The translations under genes and the position numbers were made by a program. A stretch of DNA of 64,000 bases from Alphaproteobacteria bacterium (lineage in GTDB: Bacteria > Pseudomonadota > Alphaproteobacteria > UBA828), in assembly GCA_965220745.1 (NCBI GenBank), contig CBDCQT010000013.1:480001-544000 (forward strand), read 5' to 3'. A model generated the notes under the pieces. It was not told the origin of the DNA, made no database searches, and was given only the letters and a program-made list of their open reading frames with translations. The stretch's first letter is position 1. Each line of letters begins with the position of its first letter. Below, one piece after another: positions 19,566-28,648 of the stretch.

Positions 19566-21629
19566 TCACGGCGTTATCAGGAGACTGCCCGAGGGCCGGC
19601 GCTCGGCCTTGGCCCCGGGGTCGATCACAACGGTGGTGAAAGACGATTCGATGATCGCGGGCCCGTCTACGGTCTCGCCCGGCCCCATGCCGTCGAAGTG
19701 CACGACGCGCGCCTCGACGAAGCCGGTATCCGGGAAATAGACTGAGCGGCTGTGCGCGATCTCCGGCCCACCGCCGGCGCTCTCCACGCTCAGGTTGACG
19801 CCGTCTCGGAGGCGGCAGCGCACGTTGGCGCGCCAGCCGACGGTCTCGATGGTGGATTCGATGTCGGCGAAGGTGAACAGCGCTTCGTGGGTCTTGTGGA
19901 AGTCCTCGATGAAGGCGGCGAGCGCGGGCTCGTCCTCGATCCGGTCCGCGCGCAGCGGCACCTCGATCTCCCAGATCTGGCTGGGATAGCGGGCCTCGGC
20001 GGTGAACTCCACGACCTGCTCCAGCGAGCCCGCGCCCGGCCCCTCGATGAAAGCCCGGCACTTCTGCTCCAGCCCCTCCAGCAGCGCATTCACGCCGTTG
20101 AAGTCGAAATCGCCGGTGGAAGTGTAGAGCGTGCCGCTGTACTCGGCCCTGAGATCCGAGATGAGCGCCCCGTGGGCGCTGAGCGCGGCCGCGACCTCAG
20201 GCAGGATCACCTGCGCGCAGCCGAGCCGGCGCGCGATGGCGACCGCGTTGAGGCCGGCTGCGCCGCCGCCGCCGACGATGGCGGCCTCGCGCGGGTCAAT
20301 GCCCTGGTTGACCGTGATGTCCTCGATGGCGTGCACCATGTTCTCGGTGGCGACGCTCATGATCGCGGCCGCTGCCTCGTGGAGCGAGAGGCCGAGTTTC
20401 TGCGCGACGTGGGTCTCGATGGCGTTCCCGGCGGCCTCGGTCTCCAACGCCATGGTGCCGCCGAGGAAGTAGGCGGGGTCGATCCAGCCGAGGACCACCG
20501 ATGCGTCGGTCACGGTCGGCTCGGTGCCGCCTGCGCCGTAGCAGACCGGGCCGGGCACGGCGCCGGCGCTCTTCGGCCCGACGTGGAGCAGGCCGCCTTC
20601 GTCGACCCAGGCGATGCTGCCGCCGCCCGCGCCGATGCTCTTCACGTCCACCGCCGGGAAGCCGGTCATGTGGCCGCGGTAGGGTTGGCCGATCCAGGTC
20701 TCGCGCGTCCAGGGGATGCGCCCACCGCGTACCAGGCTCACGTCGAAGGTGGTGCCACCGGTATCGGCGATGATGGCAGTATTGACACCGCTGTCGGCCT
20801 GGGCGTAGGCGCGGCCGGCGATCGGCGCCATCGCCGGGCCCGAGTTGATCGAATGGATCGGCGCGCTCGCCATGTCGGCCGCATCCATGGCGCCGCCCTG
20901 GGTGGTGACGACCAGCACCCGGCCGCCGAAGCCCGCGTCCCGCAGGCGCGATTCCAGGCCGCCCAGATAGCTGCCCATGAGCGGCTTGAGCGAGCCGTCG
21001 ATGCAGGTAGACGACGCGCGGCGGTACTCGCGGAGCGAGGGGTTGAGCACGTGCGAGAGGGTATAGGGCACGTCCGGCAGATGGCGCTCCAGCAGCTCGC
21101 CGACGCGAAGCTCGTGCGCGGGGTTCACGATGGACCAGAGCAGGCAGACGCCGACCGCCTCGATCTCCTGGCCCTTGAGCTGTTCGATGATCGCGACGAC
21201 GCCTGCCTCGTCCAGCGGCTCGGTGACGGTGCCGTCGTAAGACACACGCTCGGGCACCTCGTAGGTGAGCGAGCGCGGCACGTAGGGCTCGGGGTAGGGC
21301 ACGGTGAAGTTGAAGGGCTCGATGCGCCCGCCCTCGCGGAACACCAGCACGTCCGGATGGCCCTTGGTGGTGAGGAAGGCCGTGCGGGCGGTGTTGCCGG
21401 TGACGATGGCGTTGATCGCATGTGTGGTGCCGTGGATCAGCATCTCCCCGCGCCCGAGCAGGGCCTCGCGGCTCTCGCCCAGGTCGTCGGCGGCGTGGGA
21501 GAGCGTCTCCAGCACACCGGCGACTGGGTCCGACGGCGTGGTCGGCGCCTTGTACATGCGCAGGCCCCCGTCGTCGGACTCGACGACAAGGTCGGTGAAG
21601 GTTCCCCCGGTATCGACCGCAAATCGCAT
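19566..21629 (-). CDS. Hydantoinase A/oxoprolinase family ATP-binding subunit
   Basis: VDTGGTFTD, HGTT, SGPA, DTGGTTFD, GAGGGS, GPVCYG..TVTDA. Confidence 0.93.
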   Translation of the reverse strand: MRFAVDTGGTFTDLVVESDDGGLRMYKAPTTPSDPVAGVLETLSHAADDLGESREALLGRGEMLIHGTTHAINAIVTGNTARTAFLTTKGHPDVLVFREGGRIEPFNFTVPYPEPYVPRSLTYEVPERVSYDGTVTEPLDEAGVVAIIEQLKGQEIEAVGVCLLWSIVNPAHELRVGELLERHLPDVPYTLSHVLNPSLREYRRASSTCIDGSLKPLMGSYLGGLESRLRDAGFGGRVLVVTTQGGAMDAADMASAPIHSINSGPAMAPIAGRAYAQADSGVNTAIIADTGGTTFDVSLVRGGRIPWTRETWIGQPYRGHMTGFPAVDVKSIGAGGGSIAWVDEGGLLHVGPKSAGAVPGPVCYGAGGTEPTVTDASVVLGWIDPAYFLGGTMALETEAAGNAIETHVAQKLGLSLHEAAAAIMSVATENMVHAIEDITVNQGIDPREAAIVGGGGAAGLNAVAIARRLGCAQVILPEVAAALSAHGALISDLRAEYSGTLYTSTGDFDFNGVNALLEGLEQKCRAFIEGPGAGSLEQVVEFTAEARYPSQIWEIEVPLRADRIEDEPALAAFIEDFHKTHEALFTFADIESTIETVGWRANVRCRLRDGVNLSVESAGGGPEIAHSRSVYFPDTGFVEARVVHFDGMGPGETVDGPAIIESSFTTVVIDPGAKAERRPSGSLLITP

Positions 21630-21731
21630 GGCTCTCCCGCCGTGTCAGATGGCTCTCCCTGCCAGCGGCCCTCGCCGCCGGGCGGGCGGACCCTAGCCCG
21701 AAATCCGGCGGGACGCCACGGCGGGGCGGTT

Positions 21732-21761
21732 TAGAGGGCGTCGGTCTAGAGGGCGTCAGTC
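21732..21761. repeat. 15-bp tandem duplication of a gene end (TDAL* TDAL*)
   Basis: TAGAGGGCGTCGGTC followed by TAGAGGGCGTCAGTC. Confidence 0.6.
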
Positions 21762-22879
21762 TCGATGATGTCGACGCCGCGCTGGCGGTCGATCAGGTAG
21801 ATGAGGCCACGGTCGTCCACGGTGACGTCGTTGGAGGAGGCGCGCTCGCAGCCCTCCGGCGGGTCGGGGACATAGCGTGCGACCTCGTGCGGCGCGAACG
21901 GGTCCGACACGTCCACCAGCCGCAGGCCCTGGGCGAACCAGGCGAAGGGCACGACGTTGCCGGTGAACCGGTCCGACGGCTGGTGGCAGCCGGTCATGTC
22001 GGGCTGGGGGCTGCCGTCCTTGTCGACTCCGTCCACGTCAATGGTGCTGATGGGGATGGGGCAGCGCTCCTCGGTGATGTCGTAGACCCAGGCGAAGGCC
22101 GGCGGGGACGGCCAGAGCTTCGCCACGTCCTCGTCGGCCACCACCATGATGTGCCGGCCCTTGAGCCTGTAGGGGAAGGGCAGGCAGGTGTGGGTCGGGT
22201 GCGGGAAGGCCGGGCTGGTGTTGACGCCGGCTACGTGCTTCGGCTTCGTCATGTCCTCGATGTCGAGGATGAAGAGGCCGTGGTGCCAGTAGCTGACGTA
22301 CAGCCGGTCGCCGAGCCGGAGTGGATGGTGGCAGCGGGGCGCCACCCAGTCGTCCCAGGGATACTCCTCGCCGCCCGCCTGCCACTGGCCGGGGATCCAC
22401 CAGCGGCCGACTTCCTGCGGCGCCGCGGGATCGGCGAGGTCGAGGATCATCACGATGTTGCCGACGTAGCCCTCGACGGTGGGCGAGATGTAGGCGTAGC
22501 GGCCGTCGAAGGTGAAGCGGTGCACGCCCTTGCCGGCGGTGCGCCACTTGGTGATGAGGGTGGGCGTTGCGGGGTTCGAGATATCGTAGATGCCGAGCCC
22601 GCCGCCGAAGCCGTTGGCGTCGTTGCCACCGCCGCCGAGGCGCTCGTGGTTGACCAGCATGATGCCGTTCGCGGCGCGGACCTTGTGGGAATGCCAGCCT
22701 TCCGGCAGCTCGATACGCGCGAGCGTGCGCGGGTTCGCCGGGTCGGCCACGTCCACGACGGTGGTGCCGGACGGCCAGCGCATGTGGCCGATGTAGAGCG
22801 TGGTGCCGTCGACCCAGACCTGCCCGCCGCCGGGGCAGTCGATATGGGCGAGCCGGCGGGTGCGGTGCGCGTCAGCCAT
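21746..22879 (-). CDS. LVIVD-repeat beta-propeller protein, His-rich
   Basis: Repeated 'VVDVADPANP', 'IYDISNPATP', 'ILDLADPAAP', 'ILDIEDMTKP', 'LVDVSDPFAP'; start at MADAHRT. Confidence 0.85.
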   Translation of the reverse strand: MADAHRTRRLAHIDCPGGGQVWVDGTTLYIGHMRWPSGTTVVDVADPANPRTLARIELPEGWHSHKVRAANGIMLVNHERLGGGGNDANGFGGGLGIYDISNPATPTLITKWRTAGKGVHRFTFDGRYAYISPTVEGYVGNIVMILDLADPAAPQEVGRWWIPGQWQAGGEEYPWDDWVAPRCHHPLRLGDRLYVSYWHHGLFILDIEDMTKPKHVAGVNTSPAFPHPTHTCLPFPYRLKGRHIMVVADEDVAKLWPSPPAFAWVYDITEERCPIPISTIDVDGVDKDGSPQPDMTGCHQPSDRFTGNVVPFAWFAQGLRLVDVSDPFAPHEVARYVPDPPEGCERASSNDVTVDDRGLIYLIDRQRGVDIIETDAL

Positions 22880-22896
22880 CGCGTTGCGTCGCGCTG

Positions 22897-23820
22897 CTAC
22901 GAGCGGCCTTCGAGCGCGCGGCGGACGGCGACGAGCTGGCCGGCCCGCTTGCCCTGCAGGGCTTTGATGTCGTCCGGCGTGTAGGAGAAGATTCCGGTGC
23001 CGGTCTTCATGCCGAGATCGCCTTTCTCTGTCCGCTCCGTGATGTAGCTGCTCACGTTGTCGCGGTTGCAGAGGTCGGCGTTCAGGTAGCTGCCGACCGC
23101 CTGGTAGATGTCGAGGCCGGCCATGTCGAGCAGCGACATCGGCCCCACGACCGCGAGCTTGTAGCCGATGCCCCAGGAGACGCAGGTGTCGAGGCCTTCC
23201 GGCTCGATCACGCCGTTCTCCACCAGGTCGCAGGCCTCGCGCATGATTGCGTAGAGGATGCGGTTCTCGACGAAGCCGGGCACGTCCTTCTTCACCACCA
23301 CGGGCAGCAGGTTGAGATCCTTGATCGCCTGCACCATCGCGTCGCAAGTGGCCTGCGTGGTCTCGGCGCCGGCGATGACCTCGATGACCGGGATGATGAA
23401 CGGCGGGTTCGACCAGTGCATGCCGACCACGCGCCCCGGCGCCGAGTTGCCCTCCTGCAGCGTGGTCACCGGGATGCCCGAGGTGTTGGAGGCGAGGATG
23501 CACTCCTTCGAGACCAGCTTGTCGAGGTCCGCGAAGACGGCACGCTTGATCTCGACCTTCTCGGGCACGCTCTCCAGGACGATATCGCAGCCGGCGACGG
23601 CATCGGCGAGGGTGTCGTGATAGCTGATCAGCTCGGCTCCGCCGCGATCGGGCATGCCCAGCTTCTCCAGCACGCCGAAGGCGATGCCGGCGGTGCCGGG
23701 CGCCTTCTCGAGCTGTGCCGCTTCGGTATCGAAGGCGCGCACCGTGAGCCCGCCGCGCGCGAGCGTTGCCGCCATGCCGGGCCCCATGGTGCCGAGGCCA
23801 ACTACCGCTGCCGTGGTCAT
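22897..23820 (-). CDS. 3-hydroxyacyl-CoA dehydrogenase family; likely 5-formyl-3-hydroxy-2-methylpyridine-4-carboxylate (FHMPC) 5-dehydrogenase
   Basis: GLGTMGPGMAA, GMHWSNPP, VVVKKDVPGFVENR, LDTCVSWGIGYK and GPMSLLDMAGLDIY match my recollection of the Mesorhizobium vitamin B6 catabolic enzyme (not searched). Confidence 0.8.
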   Translation of the reverse strand: MTTAAVVGLGTMGPGMAATLARGGLTVRAFDTEAAQLEKAPGTAGIAFGVLEKLGMPDRGGAELISYHDTLADAVAGCDIVLESVPEKVEIKRAVFADLDKLVSKECILASNTSGIPVTTLQEGNSAPGRVVGMHWSNPPFIIPVIEVIAGAETTQATCDAMVQAIKDLNLLPVVVKKDVPGFVENRILYAIMREACDLVENGVIEPEGLDTCVSWGIGYKLAVVGPMSLLDMAGLDIYQAVGSYLNADLCNRDNVSSYITERTEKGDLGMKTGTGIFSYTPDDIKALQGKRAGQLVAVRRALEGRS

Positions 23821-23866
23821 ATCCGTGGTTCTCCCTCTGGTAGATGCCGTCGCTGGCTGACCCGCC

Positions 23867-25021
23867 TCAAACGAGGCGGACGGTATCGCCGGTATCGTCG
23901 CGGCCCCATTTTCTGAAGTGGCCGAGCGCGTGGAGCGCCGGCTTGTCGCTCGCCACGAAGAGGATGGCGGGCTCGGTCTCCGAATCGTTGACGTGGTGGC
24001 ACCACTGGCCGCCGGGCACCGCGAGGGTATCGAACGGCTGCCAGTCGAAGCGGGTCTCGCCCACGATGCTATGGCCGCGCCCTTCGAGCGGGGAGACGAG
24101 CAGGCTCGCGGTCTGCTTGAGCGGCCGGGTCTTCTCGCCAGGCCTCAGCATCTGGGCGTAGAAGGTCATGGTCCTGAACACAGGGCCGCCGCGGGTGGGG
24201 TCGACGTATTCCACCATCAGGGCCTCGTGGGGGTCGCCGTCGCGGTCGCGGTGCGCCTCCAGCATCTCGCGCATCGGCTCCCAGCGATAGACGTACATGG
24301 GCGAGCCCGTGCCGCTGCCGCGCCCGTGGGGCACGAAGCAGGGCATCAGGCCGCCGGAGCCGTAGACCTCGGCCGAATAGTCAGCGCTGAAGCGGGCGGA
24401 TTGCTCCTTCGCGACGACCGTGCGGCCGTCCTTCTCTTCCTTGTAGTCGTGCTCGAAGTAGATCGCGTTGAGGACTTCAACCAGCGGCAGGTCGAGCACG
24501 GAGAGGTTCACGGCAGGCTCGTCGCCCTTGTTGCCGTGGTTGTGCCAGGTGTCTTGCGGCGTCAGCACCATGTCGCCGGGGCCGAACACGATGTCCTCGC
24601 CCTCGACCCCGGTGAAGTTCATTGAGCCCGTGAGCCCGAGGCGGATGGCGTTGGGCGAATGGCGGTGGGGCGGCATCACCTCGTTGGGGTCGTTGAGTCG
24701 GTAGGCGGAGTACATGGTGGAGACGGTCGCGCGGGTGGGCGCAAGGCCGGGATTGACCAGGATCAGCGAACGGCGCTCGGAATCCGCCATCGAGACCAGC
24801 TCGGCCGAGCGGCGGAGCAGGGGCCCGATCTCGCTCTCGTAGCGCCAGAGGTAGGGGACTGCGCCGCGGCTCCCCATGAGCTGGCGGATCTCGTCGTGCG
24901 CGACCTCGGTGGTGGTCGCCCAGAAGGGGAACATGTGGCCGCTATGGACATCGTCGTAAAGCGCGGCGAGGGCCGCGTCGCGGTTGCTTGCGTCTGTGCT
25001 CGCCGGCTGCGTTTCGTTCAT
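23867..25021 (-). CDS. Bicupin, gentisate 1,2-dioxygenase-like ring-cleaving enzyme
   Basis: ERRSLILVNPG, PPHRHSPNAIR, TPQDTWHNHGN, LDLP, YVDPTRGG. Confidence 0.85.
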   Translation of the reverse strand: MNETQPASTDASNRDAALAALYDDVHSGHMFPFWATTTEVAHDEIRQLMGSRGAVPYLWRYESEIGPLLRRSAELVSMADSERRSLILVNPGLAPTRATVSTMYSAYRLNDPNEVMPPHRHSPNAIRLGLTGSMNFTGVEGEDIVFGPGDMVLTPQDTWHNHGNKGDEPAVNLSVLDLPLVEVLNAIYFEHDYKEEKDGRTVVAKEQSARFSADYSAEVYGSGGLMPCFVPHGRGSGTGSPMYVYRWEPMREMLEAHRDRDGDPHEALMVEYVDPTRGGPVFRTMTFYAQMLRPGEKTRPLKQTASLLVSPLEGRGHSIVGETRFDWQPFDTLAVPGGQWCHHVNDSETEPAILFVASDKPALHALGHFRKWGRDDTGDTVRLV

Positions 25022-25150
25022 GTCCGCCTGCCGTCTCTCGCCCGCCGCTCGAGGAGAACGGCTATTTGGCGCTGCGTAGACTAGCTCGGAATTCTTCCCT
25101 CGGTCACGGCCCACGTGGGTCGAGATCATGAGCATGGCGAAGGAGACGGG

Positions 25151-26320
25151 CTAAGCCTGCGGAAGTACGTCCTCGGGCGAGTGGGTGAGGGCGACGCAAC
25201 CGAAGAGGCGGGCGGTCGCGGCCGGGTCGGGCTGGATCGCGCGGTAGTAGGCCGCCAGCGTGTCCGTCGGCTTGGCGAAGCGGGCGAGCTGAGCGGTGAA
25301 ATGGTAGTAGGGCAGCAGCCACGCGTCGCGCGCCTCGCCGTAAGAAGCAAGCGCCTCGCCGAGCGGCCGCCGCCCATTGAGCCCATCGTCGGCGGCCTCG
25401 GCCAGCATCTCGGCGCAGCGGAACGCGGTCGAGATGCCCTGCGCAGTAACCGGGTCCTTCTTCATGCCCGCATCGCCGACCAGGGCCCAGCCGGAGCCGG
25501 CCGCCTCGCGCACGAAGGCCCGCGTGCAGCCGGCATGGAAGCCCTCGACCCGCTGGGCACCGGGCAGCATCTCGCTCAGGTCGGGCGCGACCTCGTCGAG
25601 CCTCGCGTGGAACGCGGCCTCCCGGTCGCGGCGGGCGGCCACGAACTCGTCGTGCATCAGGTTGGCAGCCACCAGCACGGTGCCGTCGCTCGCGGGGAAG
25701 CCGAAGGCGCCCTTGCGCTCTCGGATGTAGAGCCTGACGTGGTCGAGCGCGATGCCCTCCCAATAGCTCCAAATGTTGCTCTGCACGACCGGCTCGCACA
25801 GAGACTCTTTCGCGCCGACGCAGCGCGCAACGACCGAGGCGGGCCCATCCGCGCCGATGACCAGGCGTGCGCGCTCGGTTTGCCGCCTGTCGTCCTGGCT
25901 CAAGGTCACGACGCCGGCAACCGCGCCGCTATCCTCGACCAGATCGACCACGCGCGTGCCGTCGCGAAACTCCGCGCCGGAGGCGACGGCCGCCTCCGCC
26001 AGCGTGCCGTCGAGCAGCTGCCGCCGGGGGCCGTAAGACTCGGTCTGGCCGTCTACCGCAGGCGGTGCACCCTCGAGAACGATGCCGTGCAGGTCGACCC
26101 GCCACTCGGTGAAGGGGGTGGCGCGCGCCGCGATCTGCGGCAGTACGCCCCAATCGCACAAATGCGCCACGCCCAGCGGATGAATCAGGTGCGTCGATTG
26201 CCCCATCTCGCTGGGGAAGCGATCGCGGTCGAGCAGCAGCACGCGGTGGCCCTTTCGGGCCAGAAGCATGGCCGTGGGCGCACCCGCGCAGCGGGCGCCG
26301 ACGACGATCGCGTCGTAGAT
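25151..26320 (-). CDS. NAD(P)/FAD-dependent oxidoreductase (aromatic monooxygenase/geranylgeranyl-reductase-like), apparent ATC start
   Basis: (I)YDAIVVGARCAGAPTAMLLAR, IGADG, LVGDAG..KDPVTAQGI; the Rossmann motif lies upstream of the first ATG. Confidence 0.8.
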   Translation of the reverse strand: MYDAIVVGARCAGAPTAMLLARKGHRVLLLDRDRFPSEMGQSTHLIHPLGVAHLCDWGVLPQIAARATPFTEWRVDLHGIVLEGAPPAVDGQTESYGPRRQLLDGTLAEAAVASGAEFRDGTRVVDLVEDSGAVAGVVTLSQDDRRQTERARLVIGADGPASVVARCVGAKESLCEPVVQSNIWSYWEGIALDHVRLYIRERKGAFGFPASDGTVLVAANLMHDEFVAARRDREAAFHARLDEVAPDLSEMLPGAQRVEGFHAGCTRAFVREAAGSGWALVGDAGMKKDPVTAQGISTAFRCAEMLAEAADDGLNGRRPLGEALASYGEARDAWLLPYYHFTAQLARFAKPTDTLAAYYRAIQPDPAATARLFGCVALTHSPEDVLPQA

Positions 26321-26338
26321 TGCGCGCCTCCTAAGGCG

Positions 26339-26725
26339 TCAGTCGCACTCGAACGGGGTAACCCAGCCGATGGAGGCGCCGGCGCTGTCCTTGACCACGG
26401 CGAAGCGGCCGACGTCGGGCACGTCGAAGGCCGGACGCATGATCTCGCCACCCGCAGCCTCGACGCCTGCGAGCCGGGCGTCGATGTCGTCCACGGTGAT
26501 GTAGGAGAACCAGTGGTCCGGGACGCCGTCGAAGCCCGTGCCCGGCTTCATCTCGAAGATGCCGGCGGCCATGGTCTCGCCGGCCTTGCAGAGCGAGTAG
26601 GTGCCGCCGTCGGCCATCGGGTGCGACTCGTACTGCCAGCCCAGGGTTTCCCCATAGAACGCCTTCGCCTTGTCGACGTTCCAGGTCATCAGCTCGTTCC
26701 AGAAGAATGTACCGTGTGCCTTCAT
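26339..26725 (-). CDS. VOC (glyoxalase/bleomycin-resistance) family protein
   Basis: WNELMT, AKAFYG..LGW, WFSYITVDD, GRFAVVKD. Confidence 0.9.
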   Translation of the reverse strand: MKAHGTFFWNELMTWNVDKAKAFYGETLGWQYESHPMADGGTYSLCKAGETMAAGIFEMKPGTGFDGVPDHWFSYITVDDIDARLAGVEAAGGEIMRPAFDVPDVGRFAVVKDSAGASIGWVTPFECD

Positions 26726-26801
26726 CGGGATCGCTTTCGCCCTCCGTAGAGATTCCCGGATTGTGTTGACCGCGCCCCGCCCGCACGACGTGGTCCGGGG
26801 A

Positions 26802-28214
26802 TTATAGGTCGGGGGCCCGGGTGTGCCAGTCGGTCGCTTGCTGATAGGCGTGGCCGAGGCGGAAAAGCGTCGCCTCGGAGAACGGGCGCCCCATCAACTG
26901 GAAGGCGGCAGGCAGGCCGCTCTCGGTGAAGCCGCAGGGCACGATCAGGCCGGGGCCGCCGAGGTAGTTGGCAGCGCGGGTGCACGTGCTCAGGCCGGCG
27001 ACCATGGCGGCCATGCGATCGCCGCCGCCGACATTCGTCTCCTCCCGCGTGGGGATGGGGAAGGGGATGGCCGGCGTGTGCAGCGCGTCGACGCCGTCGA
27101 GCGCGGTATTCACGAACTCGCGCAGCAGCCCGGAGCGCGCGGCGAGGGCCTGGATGTACTTGACCGCCGGCACGTGCAGGCCGGGCTCGTAGCGGTTGCG
27201 GACCTGCTCCTGATAGTCCTCGGGCCTGCTGACCAGCCAAGGCTCGTGGATCGCCGCCGCCTCGCTGGAGAGGATGACGTTGGAGAGGTTGTTGATGCGC
27301 TCGATGTCGGGCACCGAGACCTCAACGACCGTGACGCCGCAATCGCGCAGCACGTCGAGGCTCCGTTCCATCAGTGCGCGCACCTCGTCGGTGGCCTGGT
27401 CGTAGAAGTAGCTGGTCGGCACGCCGATCCTGAGGCCTTGCGCGCCCTCCGCCAACGCGGCTTCGTAATCGGGCACGGGCCGGTTGCTGGAGGTCGGATC
27501 GCGCGGGTCGTGGCCTGCGATCACGCTCACGATCCGGGCCGCGTCGCGCGCGGTGCGGGTCAGCGGCCCCACCGTGTCCAGCGTGTGGGAGAGCGGCATG
27601 ATGCCGTGGCGGCTGACCAGGCCGGCGGTCGTCTTGAGTCCGACCACGCCGTTACAGGCCGACGGCAGTCGCACAGAGCCGCCGGTATCGGAGCCGAGCG
27701 CGCCGAAGACCACGCGGCCCGCGACCGCGGAGCCGGAGCCGCTCGACGAGCCGCCGGAGATGTGATCCCGGTTCCAGGGGTTGCGGCAGTCGCCCCAGTG
27801 CTCGTTGTGGCCGGTCGGACCGGTGGCGAACTCCGCCATGTTGAGCCCGCCGAGGTAGATCGCGCCGGCGCCGTGAAGGCGGGCGAGGGCAGTGCTGTCC
27901 TGGTCCGGCACGAAGTCCCTGCGGATGCGCGAGCCGCAGGTGGTGACGTGGCCCGCGCGGTAGAACATGTCCTTGTGAGCGAGCGGCACGCCGTGCAGCG
28001 GGCCCGGCGCCTTGCCCCGCGCGAGCGCGGCATCGGCAGCCGCCGCAGTCTCCAACGCCGCCTCCGCCTGCAGCGAAATGAAGCAGTTGAGCACCGGCTG
28101 GAGCCGCTCGGCACGGGCGACGGTGGCGGTCATCACCTCGACGGCCGAAAGCTGGCGCGTAGCAATGGCGTCGGCGAGCTCGACCAGGCTCAGCAGGTGG
28201 ATGTCGTCGCTCAT
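26802..28214 (-). CDS. Amidase-signature family enzyme
   Basis: AHKD, GGSSSGS, LGSDTGGSVR (Ser-cisSer-Lys triad). Confidence 0.93.
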   Translation of the reverse strand: MSDDIHLLSLVELADAIATRQLSAVEVMTATVARAERLQPVLNCFISLQAEAALETAAAADAALARGKAPGPLHGVPLAHKDMFYRAGHVTTCGSRIRRDFVPDQDSTALARLHGAGAIYLGGLNMAEFATGPTGHNEHWGDCRNPWNRDHISGGSSSGSGSAVAGRVVFGALGSDTGGSVRLPSACNGVVGLKTTAGLVSRHGIMPLSHTLDTVGPLTRTARDAARIVSVIAGHDPRDPTSSNRPVPDYEAALAEGAQGLRIGVPTSYFYDQATDEVRALMERSLDVLRDCGVTVVEVSVPDIERINNLSNVILSSEAAAIHEPWLVSRPEDYQEQVRNRYEPGLHVPAVKYIQALAARSGLLREFVNTALDGVDALHTPAIPFPIPTREETNVGGGDRMAAMVAGLSTCTRAANYLGGPGLIVPCGFTESGLPAAFQLMGRPFSEATLFRLGHAYQQATDWHTRAPDL

Positions 28215-28215
28215 C

Positions 28216-28416
28216 TCAGCGCGCCGCCGTTTCATCCATGGCGATCTGAATGCGCGACGGCTCGCTTTCGAAGGCGAGCCCGGAGGCCGCGTCGTCGGTC
28301 GCTTGCACCATCAGCTCCACCGCGGCGGCAAGAGCCTTGGCGCGCTCCGGACTCGGCGGTTTGCGCCCCGCCGACACGGCCTGGGCGGCGATGAGTTCGT
28401 CGGAAATCCTGGCCAT
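28216..28416 (-). CDS. Small (66 aa) putative amidase partner subunit
   Basis: Ends 1 nt before the amidase start; helical MARISDELI...LAFESEPS; GAGG upstream. Confidence 0.65.
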   Translation of the reverse strand: MARISDELIAAQAVSAGRKPPSPERAKALAAAVELMVQATDDAASGLAFESEPSRIQIAMDETAAR

Positions 28417-28453
28417 GAGCGGCACCTCGGAGGCGCGGGAGTGCAGGACGGCC

Positions 28454-28463
28454 CTGTATACAG
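28454..28463. promoter_or_regulatory. Perfect palindrome CTGTATACAG (possible GntR/FadR-type operator)
   Basis: Lies in the divergent region between the amidase operon and the SnoaL gene. Confidence 0.3.
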
Positions 28464-28648
28464 CACCGGGGCAGGGGTGCAATATGAGTGGGCGTCACCA
28501 TATGGCCGGTGAGGGCAGGGGGCCCCTGCATCGAACCGGGAGCGTGGCAATGGAGCCTTCGGCAGTCGAACGCGACCGCACGCGCCTCTTGGCGAAAGCC
28601 TGCGGCGCGTAGGGCGACGGGCGGGCAAGCATCCACGGCAGGGAGCAG

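Noticed and set aside
26339-26341. Selenocysteine readthrough of the VOC TGA into the FAD enzyme
   Set aside because: No evident SECIS, and a strong internal SD argues for independent initiation.
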